Source: Camelus dromedarius
Taxonomy: Eukaryota
DNA length: 64,000 nucleotides
Assembly: GCF_036321535.1 (NCBI RefSeq)
Contig: NC_087472.1
Span: 96,536,001-96,600,000 of the forward strand
Direction of reading: 5' to 3'
The translations under genes and the position numbers were made by a program. Below are positions 53,334-64,000 of the stretch, piece after piece (positions within the stretch are counted from its first letter, which is position 1; every line of letters begins with the position of its first letter). The notes under the pieces are model-generated. The model worked only from the letters and a program-made list of their open reading frames with translations. It searched no databases and was not told where the DNA came from.

Positions 53334-54479
53334 CATCTCTATAGTTTTGCCTTCTTCAAAATGCCGTAGGAATGGAATCATACAATACTTTTGGGACTTC
53401 AGAGTCTGGCTTCTTCCACTTTGCAAAATGCATTTTAGATTCACCCGTGCTTATGTTACGTATATTTTGCCACTGAAAAAAGATTCACCCATGTTGTTCA
53501 GTGAATCACTAGATCTTTCCTTCTTATTACTGACTAGTATTCCATTGTATGTACGTACCAGTTTGTTTATCCATTCACCCGTGGAAGGACATCTGGTGGT
53601 CTTCAGTTTTTGATGAATAAAGCTGCTACAAACATTTGCATACAAATTTTGGTATGCACATAAATTTTCAATTCCCTTGGCTGTTAAAGACAACTTATAG
53701 GTATTCATAGCTCTTAGGCCATGGAGATGTCAATTTAAATATCATTACCAGGGAAACACATTATTAAATAATATAAACAAAAAGAATTACAGGCTTTTTA
53801 AGGCCAAGGTTACGTTCACAGAATAAGCCTTAAGTTTTGAGTTCCAGATGTCTTACAACACTCCTTTGTTAGAAATAACATTTTCAAGGACATTTTAAGA
53901 AATCAGGGTATCATCTTCTTATTTCTGGTGCTGGGATTTCTTACAGCAGCAGTGAGGAGGGCCTGTGGTTTTTCACACTAAATGCTAAAATTCCATTACT
54001 TAGAACTGTGAGAAATAACAATAGATCTAAGAAGATTAAAACTTACTATGGAATGGAAAGGGACAAAATAGAATTATAAACAATTGGAATAGGAGCATGT
54101 CATGTTACCCATCTACAGTGCAGACAGAAGAAACTGACAATGAATTTTGAATTTCTGACTTACTATATTGGCACTCAATTTACCCCTAGTCCTTAGCATT
54201 GTTTGCTATGGAACTTTGTCAAATAGTTTCATGAAGTCATTAAAACTTACCTGTTTTTCCCAACAGATGTGCAATGACACCTCTGCCAGGGAAGTTTTGC
54301 CTAAACAGAGAAAAAAATAAGCCATTCAAACATAAAAACCAGCAACATTTTCCCCTAAGGGACCAAAACTACAGAGGAAGAACTCTGAATTAATTACATC
54401 CCTCAATGCAAAATCAGGTATAAGTCACATAATATGTGAACAGCTTGTAAAACCTAGTGCAAAGTGTTTAACAAATATT

Positions 54480-55090
54480 TGTCAGGGTATAGGATTTTCT
54501 CCTACTTACTCACAAGCTAACAAGTTAGCCTGTTACTATTTCCTGGATGCCAGCAACACAGTAAGCAGTATGCCCAGCATCAGCATACTTGTGTGGGTTC
54601 CACATGTCCCCAAGTCCCACAGGGGGCCATGCAGAGGCGCTAGGTGGACATACTATGTAGACAGTGAGGGGGGAGGGTATAGCTCAGTGGTAGAGTATGT
54701 GCTTAGCATGCACAAGGTCCTGGGTTCAACCCCCAGTACCGCCATTAAAAAATAGGTAAACCTAATTACCTCCCCCAAAACAAATAAACCAAGAAGAAAA
54801 AAAAAGGATAAAGAGTAAAAAATGGCTTGTTAAAAAGAAAAGCCTTCTGTATACAGTGCATGTTTGCATCACAGCCAAGGAATACTGGCCTTGGGGAATT
54901 CACATCTTTTATAGCAAGCCTGCTCTTTACCCCAGAAGGAAATATCACCTCATCCCTCGATGCAGCTCCCTGAAAATACAGCCGAGAAATGACCCAGGTA
55001 AAGTGGTCAGGGCCTTGCATTCTTGGCAAAGAAAACAAGAACAAGCAGGAACACTATGGGCTGTGACAGACTGTATCTCCCAATAATATT
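54480..55090. mobile_element. LTR-like element, family uncertain, with an inserted SINE
   Basis: cacaagctaacaagttagcctg...ggatgc...ccccaagtccca motifs resemble old ERV LTRs. Confidence 0.45.
54668..54805 (+). mobile_element. tRNA-Ala-derived SINE (vic-1 type) inside an LTR-like element
   Basis: GGGTATAGCTCAGTGGTAGAG...GGGTTCAACCCCCAGTACC head and an A-rich tail. Confidence 0.9.
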
Positions 55091-55104
55091 ATGCCAAGAG
55101 AGAA

Positions 55105-55400
55105 AATAGGCCATCTTTCCCTCCACTTGAAGTGAACAATAAGACGTACTGCCCAAAGTTTCGCCCCTAGGAATACTTTCTTTCATCACTGTCTTTCAGG
55201 GGCTGGAATGCAGCTACCATCCACCTTTGGCTGCTGCCAGCAGACTGTGCAAAAACCAGGCCTGTGCTTTTTCTCTGTTAACCAGTCATTGAGAATTCTC
55301 TGGGAATCCATAAATGTGGATTAAGCGAGAAGTAAATCAGTAGGAGCAAGTACCATGGGAGTTTAAAACACCTCTTTGGGCGCTTTACTTGCACATTCTG
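55105..55400 (-). mobile_element. ERVL pol (RNase H region) remnant
   Basis: Hand translation with a stop and a frameshift gives QRWMVAAFQPLKDSDERKYS*..LWAVRLIVHFKWRERWP. This resembles recalled ERVL KWTAAALQP..LKDSGEGKSSQWAELRAVHLVVHFAWKEKWP. Confidence 0.75.
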
Positions 55401-55524
55401 AAAGCTTGGACACGATCGTGTACATAATGTGATCATTTTCAAATAAAGTACCGTGGTCACATCCAACTTTACGTTTCCATGAATCAGATAACACCTCGTT
55501 CCCGACGGTCATTTCAAGTGGCAG

Positions 55525-55692
55525 ACCTCACTCTCCTTTCATCTTCCAGATCTCCTGCCCAGGCTTCCCATTGAGTAAACCCATCCAGAAGCTGGAGGGC
55601 AAGGAAACCTGTTGATACTATCCCTTCCCAGGACAGAGAGGAGGTAGAGGGTGGAGTGAATCTGGAAGGGCAAATGGAAGATATCCAGCACA
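55525..55692 (-). mobile_element. LTR33-like ERVL LTR, 5' fragment
   Basis: Minus strand TGTGCTGGATATCTTCCATTTGCCCTTCCAGATTCACTCCACC...CTTGCCCTCCAGCTTC matches the recalled LTR33 start. Confidence 0.7.
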
Positions 55693-55789
55693 GCCCATAA
55701 ATGGCATTGATGTCATTGGTGTGATTTTCTAAAACATTAAACCATTCTTGGTAAAGTTCCAAACAAAACGACACACACTCCTTTCAATT

Positions 55790-56266
55790 TACACAGTAGT
55801 TCCGTTCCTGGAAAATTCCAGGATATTAAAACGGTTCAAAAAATACTTTGAGTTATGCTCGCTCCAGCAGCAGTATACTAAAATTGGAATTATACAGAGA
55901 AGATAAGCATGGCCCCTGCGCTAGAATGACATGCACGTTTGTGACAGCATCCCATATTTTAAAAAATAAATTTTAGAAAAAGAAAAGAGTACTTTCAGTT
56001 TACACATAAATGAAGTTAGCCTTAGGCTTAGCTAATGACAAATAGGTTTTTCATCTACAGAAATGGCTAGGGGGACGTTTGAAAATTATGTAAGATGTAG
56101 GAAAATTCGTCCTTGTAGGAATGTCACATGCATTGAAGGACACATGCCATTCTTGGCTCCTGCCCACTAACTGCCAGGGGATGCCTGTCAATCACTGTAA
56201 CAACCAAAATAGCCCATGTGTTTTCAAAGCATACCCTTGGTGGTACTGCTCTCAGTGAGAGCCACT
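55790..56266. mobile_element. hAT-Charlie (MER20-like) remnant hosting the U6 retrocopy
   Basis: The end resembles MER20-class termini (acaaccaaaa...tgagagccact). Confidence 0.4.
55855..55960 (+). pseudogene. Full-length U6 snRNA retropseudogene
   Basis: Aligns end to end with U6 (TGCTCGCT...ACAGAGAAGAT.AGCATGGCCCCTGCGC...CCATATTTT) with many substitutions. A-rich tail follows; TSD tacttt[g/c]agtt at 55844-55854 and 55990-56000. Confidence 0.93.
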
Positions 56267-56675
56267 CTCCAAAGGTGAAATATTCATCCTTACAAAATTT
56301 GAGTTTGCTACTTCATCCACTTAGCAGCTGGAGGCACCAATGAATGGAAGGAATGATTTCTCAATATATGTGTCCTTGTTCAATCCAGTATCCAAAAGTC
56401 TCTGACTCAGTGACCAAACACTTGCTGCCATTTCTGGCAACCTATAACTTGAATTTGAACTTCACGATTTCGTATAGATAAAAAGTAAGAATATAACTGG
56501 ATGCAAAGCTGAAGCTTCACATGGAGCCAGATAAAAGTTTATAAATAACCACATTTCATGTCACTTGATACTATAAACTATGACATTTTCTACTTTTAAC
56601 TTATACATTTTAAGTAACACATATGCATTATCTGAAATTACAAAATATAGACACAAAAATAAAGACATCACATTC

Positions 56676-57138
56676 TGTGGTAGACAGTAATGGCCCCCCT
56701 CAAAGATGCCCACGATCTAATCCCTGGGACCTTTTACACGGCATAAAGGGATTTTGCAGATGTGACTCAGTGAAGGATCTTGACTTGGGGAGATTATCCT
56801 GGATGATCCATGTGGATCCAGTGTAATCACAAAGGTTCTTATAAAAAGGAAGCAGGAGGATCAGAAGGCACAGAAGGTGATGTGATGGCAGAATCAGATA
56901 CTGGAGTGAGGCAGTCAGAGCCAAGGAATGCTAGCAGCCTCGGGAAGCTGGAAGAGGCAAGGAATGGATTCTCCCCTAGAGCCTCCAAAGGAAATCAGCC
57001 CTGCAGACATCTTGATTTTAGTCCCCTAAGACTTATTTCATATTTCTGGCCTCCAAACCTGTAAGAGAATAAATTCGTGTTGTATTAAGCTACTCAATTT
57101 ATGGTAATTTGTTACAGCAACAATGGGAAATTCGTAAA
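56676..57138 (+). mobile_element. MaLR solo LTR (MLT1D-like)
   Basis: TGTGGTAG start, MLT1 body, ggtaatttgttacagca end. TSD cattc / catcc. Confidence 0.88.
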
Positions 57139-58327
57139 CATCCCCCTGCCCCCGCAGAGCTGCATCATTGTTAACACCTTAGTACCTGTACTTTCAGATT
57201 TTTTCCTAAATTATTATATGTGTCTGTACTTTTTGAAAAATGGATCACAGTGTACATGCTATCTTATAACCTGCTTTTTTAAGTCAACAAATTCCACCTT
57301 CCCATTTCATCAAATACCTAGACTATTTAGAAATTTCCCAAATAACACAAAAATGCCCTTAACAGTTATTTGGTCTAAATTACAATCTGTTCAAGGACTA
57401 CCCATTACATATAATTATTAGATCCCTTTTGTTATGATGTTGACTATCGAAGAAATAGTCCTACAGTTATTCTGAGGAATATGCCACCTTCTGGGTTTGT
57501 TTAGTTGCTACCTCTTGGTGCTATTTAGTTTGTTGTTCTATTTGTTATTTCCTATAACAGTCTTATTAACATTTTTAGTTAGAATATTCTATATGTTATG
57601 GGTATTCATGTTGAATCACATCAGAAGACACAACACATATGATTAATCCATTAATAATGTTAAGATTAATTATTGGATTAAAGTGATAACTGCTTATTCC
57701 CTCTATTTTACAGTTATATTTTTGATCTACAACTATGAAGTGACCCTTGTTACTTCTGCATTTAAAATATCTACCATCTCTTCTATATTTACTAACTGGC
57801 ATTCACCTGTGAAGTAGAGCTTCCCTCACCTACTGGAGATATTTGGTTACCTGAAATACAGATTCTACTGGAAGAGCAGGATAAAATGCTTAATTCTTTA
57901 CAATTAATTACTAATTTTCACAATAAGCAGTTGATTTAATAGCTGCCTCAAATGGTGACAAATAAAAATTTTCAAACTTTGAGCATTATTATTAAAGCAT
58001 GAATTTCCATAGAATCCATCTGTTTCAATTAATTGCCACCATTAGTCTTTATAATGCTTTAAATGTCATGAATGTGGTCAGTGGACCATAAGTCCATTGA
58101 TCTTTGAGAACTTTATGGGTTTCTAACACAACAAAATGTCCCTAGCTCTCCTTGTACTTTCCCTGCCCCAGCCCTGGAATAAGCTATTTCCCCAAAAGGC
58201 TCAGCTTCCCTTTCATGGGTAATGGTTTTCAGAGGCCACAATCTGAGCACTAGACGTGTTCATTATTACTGAGGTGACATTTCTTTTAGGTCATTTCAAT
58301 GTACAGAGTTGGAAAATATATATATAT

Positions 58328-58894
58328 TGTGGCAAAACAGATTCTAGGGTGACCCCTATGATCCCTCTCTTCTGGTGTTTATGCTTTTGTGTGCTCCCCT
58401 TCTCCTGAAAGTGGGAAGAACCATGATTTTGCTTCTAGTCAGTAGTATATGGCAAAGGTGACAGGATGCTCAAGATTTTATATATATATAATTACAATAT
58501 GTATGACTAATGCCAGTCTTGCGAGGAGACTGTCTTCCTTGCTGGCTTTAAAGAAGCCAGCTACCATGTTGTGAGCTGCCTATAGAAAAGGCCACTTGGC
58601 AAGGAACTAAGGGTAGCCTCTGGTTGACAGCCAACAAGAAACTGAGGCCCTCAGTCCAGACGTCTGCAAGGAATGAAAAGCTGCCAACAACTATGTGGGC
58701 TTGGAAGTAGATGTGAGTGCAGCCCTGGCTGACACCTCCATTGAAGCCGTTAGCCTCCAAAGCAGAGCATCCAGCTATGCTAGGCCCACACCCCAGACTC
58801 CTGACCCACAGGAAGTGTGAGATAGTAACTGTGTCTTGTGTCAAGCCTCTGTGTTTGTGGGAATATTGTTATGTAGCAGTAGACAACGAACACA
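58328..58894 (+). mobile_element. MaLR solo LTR (MLT1E/F-like)
   Basis: TGTGGC...ccaacaagaaactgaggccctcagtcca...tgttatgtagcagtaga...CA. Confidence 0.8.
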
Positions 58895-59373
58895 CTATTT
58901 AATCATGGATTTATATGAGTATTTTCAATTCAATTTTAATATTACAATGTTTTCCTCAATTTCTTGGATTTTATCCTAATATTTTTATTTTTACCAATAA
59001 TAGAACTACTGGTCCTATCCCCTGGAGGACTGCATACCAAATTGCCAATAAAAAACTGAAAATGAGGGATCTTCTCTCCTTTATATTTTTCATTCTCCCC
59101 TTCTTTGAAGGGGAACATTTATTCATTCATATCTTTTTCTCTTATGGCCTTGCTCATTTAAGTAAACTAAGTCTAGGAAATCACTTCACAATACTTTTAG
59201 CCCTAGGATTCCTTTAAATTGCTATTATAAATTGTAATATTTTCTGTTAATGTAGTACTTCATGGTTTAAAACAAATTTGTTCATGTTTAAGCTTCTCTA
59301 GTAAATTTTGGAATAGCATTCAATTAACAGAAATTTGATTTAGGCAAAATTATCATACAAATTATTTGCTTCT

Positions 59374-59490
59374 AGGAGGTGGGTATAGCTCAGTGGTAAA
59401 GCACATACTTAGCATGCGTGAGGTCCTGGGTTCAATACCCAGTACCTCCATTAAAAATATATATATATAATATATATATACACACACAAT
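59374..59490 (+). mobile_element. tRNA-Ala-derived SINE (short form) with an (AT)n(AC)n tail
   Basis: tRNA-Ala head. 15-bp TSD aaattat[t/a]tgcttct at 59359-59373 and 59491-59505. Confidence 0.9.
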
Positions 59491-60562
59491 AAATTATATG
59501 CTTCTTACTAACAATGTTTATTTCTCCAAACAAGGCACACCTATGTTTTAAAATTTTTTAATAGTTAAACATATAGTTTGATTTTTCATATTTTTAATTA
59601 ACATGCTAAATAGAAATTCAAAGTCCAAGCTCTGAACAACCACTTATGATGAACAAGATGGCCCTAATCTAAACCAATTATCCTTTTTTTGAATATTTAG
59701 TAGCAAATATTTAATTTTTAAAGTTATACAAGTATATTTATATTTCTATTATTTTTGCTCAAAAATTAAATGTTGTCAAATGTCCGCTTGAAATGATGTT
59801 ATTAATACTGATAAAAGAAAAAATACTCAGTTCCATTTTGAATACTTGTCTATTACTTTCAGATTCAACACGAGATGTTATAGAACAAATAATTCAGCCT
59901 GACAAAAAACATTTCCCCAAAGGAATATTTCCAGTAACAATTTCTCTACCGAATAAAACTCGACAGTAAATAATGTGAAATATCTCACAACCACTCTGAA
60001 CATGGATCAATAAATATTACTGTAATGAATTTTATAGAAAGTAGCAGGACTGGCTTTATAGACGCTTGAGGAACAAGTTTCTCTTGACCAAAAATATCAT
60101 ATCCACTAAGAAAAAAATTAAGTTATTTAAATCAGACTTTTCTGGCACAGCTTCACATGTTCCTTAAAACTCTGTTCTATGTCATGAAAATTTTCTCTAG
60201 ATTAATAATGCACTGAAGAGGCTGAAGGAATCTTGAGAAAAAGGTCTGGGTTTTATTTATCTCTCTGTCCCTTGGTCTGGTATAGAAACTGGCATATTAA
60301 TCCAATTAATGTTAAACAAATGAATGGATAATTGGAGGAAAAAAAGAAGGCAGGCCAGCAAATGATCCAATAAGATGGCCTTAAGTGGCTTCAAGTTACT
60401 CTGAAATATATTTAAAAACCTTAAAAAGGAATAAAGAAATACAAAAAAAAGAAAAAACAAAGTAACGAAGGACTGAAAGAAGCTAGCCAAAAAACCTTAG
60501 TGAAACTTGCAGATTTCCATGAATCAAGGAAAGAAAAAGGTACTAATACACTATAAACCCAG

Positions 60563-60873
60563 AAATGAGGACTATGTGGTCTGCAGATACAACCCCTACT
60601 TTGAAATTTTGGGATACATGTTATTTTGTCTATAAAAAGGGGATTAGCCTAGCCTCTGAGACCATGAGAAACTGGAGATCTACAGCCCAGATCTCACAAC
60701 CCAGCCAGTCTCTGGCCAAAGAGCAGCCACAGTCAGGAGATAACAATTATCTCAAAAGTGTTATGGACTCAACAGAGACAATACTGCCCTCTAGGGAGAA
60801 TTTCAGAAGTTTGTAGGTAACTTTTCTTTGACACATTGGAGTAAAGCTGCAAAACATTAATGATAAAGGGAAT
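60563..60873 (+). repeat. Copy 1 of a diverged ~310-bp direct repeat
   Basis: Collinear with 62284-62586; shared blocks include attttgtctataaaaaggggatt, gagaccatga and ttgacacattggagt. Confidence 0.9.
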
Positions 60874-62283
60874 CCTAGAAGCCACAAGAGAAAAAAGGCA
60901 TTGCCACTAAGAAATGAAAATTAGAATATCAGCAGACTTTGCAGAAGCCAACAACTGATACCAGGAGACACTGGAATGATGTTTTCAAAGTGAAAAAGGG
61001 AAATTATTAGCAATATAAGATTTTATACCTAGGTAAATTACCATTGTAGAGTAAAGGCAAAACAGAGATATTTACAGACATACCAGGAAATAATTCACCA
61101 CTCACAAATTCTTACTAAAAGAAATACTATGGATGTACCAATTTCTGGTGCCAGCCAAGGTAGAGTATGCCCACTACAGTCTCTCTCTCCCACTTCAAAC
61201 AACTAATAAAATATATGGGGGAAAAAAACAAAACACAAAAAGCAACACTTGAGAATCAAAACAGATGAATTGAGAAGAGAAGCCAAAACATGAAGAAGTG
61301 ACTCACACATGGGTGAGTTACTCAATTTTTATTTACATTCTGTCCCAACACTGATCAGAGGAGAAGTATGTAGCAGAGCTGCTATAGGCAGTACAAGGAG
61401 AAAAACTCCAAGGAACCCCATATTTCTGGCCAGAGGACTTAGAAAACATGCCCCTCAAAGCTGGAAAGTATGGAAGGAATCACAAAGAGGAGAGAGCTGG
61501 AGAAGGGAATCCATTAATTCTGTGTATGAAGCAGCACAAATCCCAGGCTCCCCTCTGAGCTGCGCATGCCTGGGACAGAGCCAAAGCAACAGAGCAGAGA
61601 CTTTGAGAACGGAACTGCAATATGAAACACCATTCAAACTAACCCTTGAGTAGACCATATGTTGGAAAAGCCCAAACTGTCAGCACAAAGGCTTTGCAAA
61701 CTGAACTGGCCTTGGGACCACTGCCCACAGAAGGTGAGCCAGAACTTATAGACTGAACCTAACCACTAGGTTGATAGCCTAATTAAAAAAATATTTCACC
61801 CACCAGAGGACTATAACAGGACTCAGATTCTTACAACATAAGGTTCAAAATAACCAGTATACAATCCAAAAATACTTGACATACAAAGAATCAAGAAAAT
61901 ATGACTAATGCCCAAGGGAAAAGAATTTCAACATATGCCAAATACAAGACAATTCAGATGATGAAATTAACAGACAAAAACTTTAAAGTTGTTATAATTA
62001 TGCTCTGTGAGGTAAACATACCTTTAAACAAATGAAAAGATAGTTCTCAGCAGAGTGAAAAGAAACTATAAAAACTAACGAAATGGATTTTAGAGGATAA
62101 AAATACAATATATGAAATAAAAAACTTAGTAGATGAGCTCAATAGTAGTAAATGTGTAATATATATAAAACATGTAATATACACATAAAATTCTCATTAT
62201 ATGCCAATATATACTTATATATACATTATATGCTTCTACATATCTACTTCTATTGAACTGATCAAGTGAATTATATGTATATA

Positions 62284-62586
62284 AAATGAGACTTATGCAG
62301 ACGCAGGTACAACTCCTAACTTTAAAATTTTGGAATTCATGTCATTTTGTCTATAAAAAGGGGATTGGTCTAGCCTTTGAGACCATGAAAAAGTGGAGAT
62401 CTATAGTCCAGATCTCAAAACCCAGCCAGTGGCCAAACAGCAATCTCAGTCAAAAAAAAGAGACAAAGTGCTTTGGGCTGAACAGAGATAACACTGCCCT
62501 CTAGGGAGCATTTTGGAAGTTTGTGGGTACCTTTTTTTTTTTGACACATTGGAGTGAAACTTCAAAACAGCAACGATAAAGAGAAT
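62284..62586 (+). repeat. Copy 2 of a diverged ~310-bp direct repeat
   Basis: Collinear with 60563-60873. Confidence 0.9.
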
Positions 62587-62589
62587 ATA

Positions 62590-62993
62590 TATATATGTAT
62601 GTATATATATATGAAAGAGTGATTGATTCATTGACTGATAGATCGATTTTAAGGAATTGACTAATACAATTGTGGGGTATGGCAGATCCAAAATTTTCAG
62701 GGCAGGAGAGTAGGCTGGAAACCCAGGTGAAAACTGATGTTGCAGCCTTGAGTCCAAAAGCAGCCTGGAAGCAGAACTCTTTCTTCCTCAAGGGCAGTCA
62801 ATCTTGTCTCTTAAGTCCTTCAACTGATTAGATAAAGCCCACCCATATTATAGAGGATAAACTGCTTTACTCAAAGTCTACTGATTTAAATCTTAATCAC
62901 ATATTTAAAAAATACTTTCACAGCAATATCTAGACCTGTTTTTGACCAAACACCATAACCTAGCCAAGTTGACACATAAAATTAACCATTACA
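62590..62993 (-). mobile_element. ERVL LTR (MLT2-type), 3' end obscured
   Basis: Minus strand begins TGTAATGGTTAATTTTATGTGTCAACTTGGC, the MLT2 5' signature. Inserted in L1 ORF1. Confidence 0.85.
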
Positions 62994-64000
62994 GGTAACA
63001 GAGGAAAGAGTTAGTGAGTAATTAATAGAAATTATCTAACCCAAAAAACAGAAAGAAAGAAAATAGAAGAAATTTAACAGAAACTCTGGCCTGTGAAAAA
63101 AATACCAAAAGCTCTACCACTTGTGCCACTGGAGTCCCAGGAGAGCAGAAAGAGATTAGTGCAGAAAAAAATATTTGAAGAAATAATGGCTGAAAATTCC
63201 CCAAATTTGGAGAAAGACACAAATATATAGGTTAAAGATCAATAAACCCATAACAAGATAAACTCACTAACAAAAAATTTTGTTCATTCTTCTCTATTAC
63301 ATATGGAGGATTTATTTTAAAAACATCAGATATAAGTGACAAATGAAGTCTCAACAAATTTAAAACAATCAATATTAAATGGGCCTAATGTGATGGAAAA
63401 GAACTACAAAATGAAACTCTTAAAAACATTTAGCCAATTATGCCTCAATAAAGCTGAAAAAAATGTTTAGAACACTTAAAATGCCACTAAATAACTCATG
63501 GTTTTAAAAGTAAATCATGATTTGGCAAAGGATTCTTAGATATGACACCAAAACCATTAGCAACAAAAGAGAACATAGATAAATTAGACTTCATCAAAAC
63601 GAAAAACTTTGTGCTTCAAAAGACACTATTAAGAAAACGCACAGAAAACACACAGAATGGGAGAACATATTTGCAAATCATAAGTCTGATAAGAGATTTA
63701 TATCTGGAATATATAAGGAACTATTACAACACAATAAAAAGACAACCCAATTTTTTTAAATAAGCAAAGGATTTGAATAGACATTTCTCCAAGGAAGATA
63801 TACAAATGGCCAATAATAATAATAGTAAGATATTTGCAAATCATATATCAAATAAGGAATTAATATTCAGGATATAAAAATAACTCATACAACTCAAAAG
63901 CAACCTGTTTAAAAAATGGGCACAGGGGCTGAATAGACATTTTACCAAAGAACACATACAGATGACCAACAGGCATATGAAAAGATGTTCAACATCGCTA

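Larger units (their letters stand above)
60830..64000 (+). mobile_element. Mosaic of LINE-1 5' UTR/ORF1/ORF2 fragments with nested inserts
   Basis: ORF1-like motifs (gaagaaataatggctgaaaattcccc) and ORF2 peptide MTPKPLATKENIDKLDFIK. Confidence 0.75.

Noticed and set aside
54668..54745. Functional tRNA-Ala genes (also at 5.4, 6.0, 52.3 and 59.4 kb)
   Set aside because: A-rich tails, TSDs, extra body sequence and scattered substitutions identify them as SINEs.
55855..55960. Functional U6 gene
   Set aside because: Many substitutions, an A-rich tail and a TSD indicate a retrocopy.
60565..62504. Paralogous small proteins from ORFs 60565-60816 and 62286-62504
   Set aside because: A 4-nt indel (agtctctggcc vs agtggcc) shifts the frame between copies. 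The similarity reflects DNA duplication only.
63660..64000. Apparent tandem duplication near the window end
   Set aside because: Two diverged L1 ORF2 fragments covering the same region; ordinary adjacent or nested L1 insertion.

Overview
Mammalian genomic DNA, very probably from a camelid X chromosome: it carries tRNA-Ala-derived SINEs of the vic-1 type, and I saw no Alu or Bov-type SINEs. The window holds the 5' part of ZFX on the minus strand. That comprises a CpG-island promoter with a non-coding first exon (~38.8-40.4 kb), a probable non-coding exon (37012-37172), and six coding exons (21033-21093, 17573-18142, 1849-1998, 1486-1629, 960-1112, 289-429; 1219 nt, acidic activation domain plus NLS). 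The zinc-finger exon lies beyond position 1. The rest is intron and upstream intergenic DNA rich in L1, L2, MIR, MaLR/ERVL LTRs, hAT/Tigger DNA transposons and one U6 retrocopy. No prokaryotic-type system is present and no new system is demonstrated. The best leads are: uORFs in the ZFX leader, an inverted pair of perfect YY1 sites, a dense ZFX-motif cluster (possible autoregulation), exon-like segments in unique DNA upstream of ZFX (possible relic gene or distal leader), and several unusual insertion or duplication scars. Repeat family names and comparisons with human ZFX come from recall, not from a database search. Repeat boundaries without TSDs are approximate.
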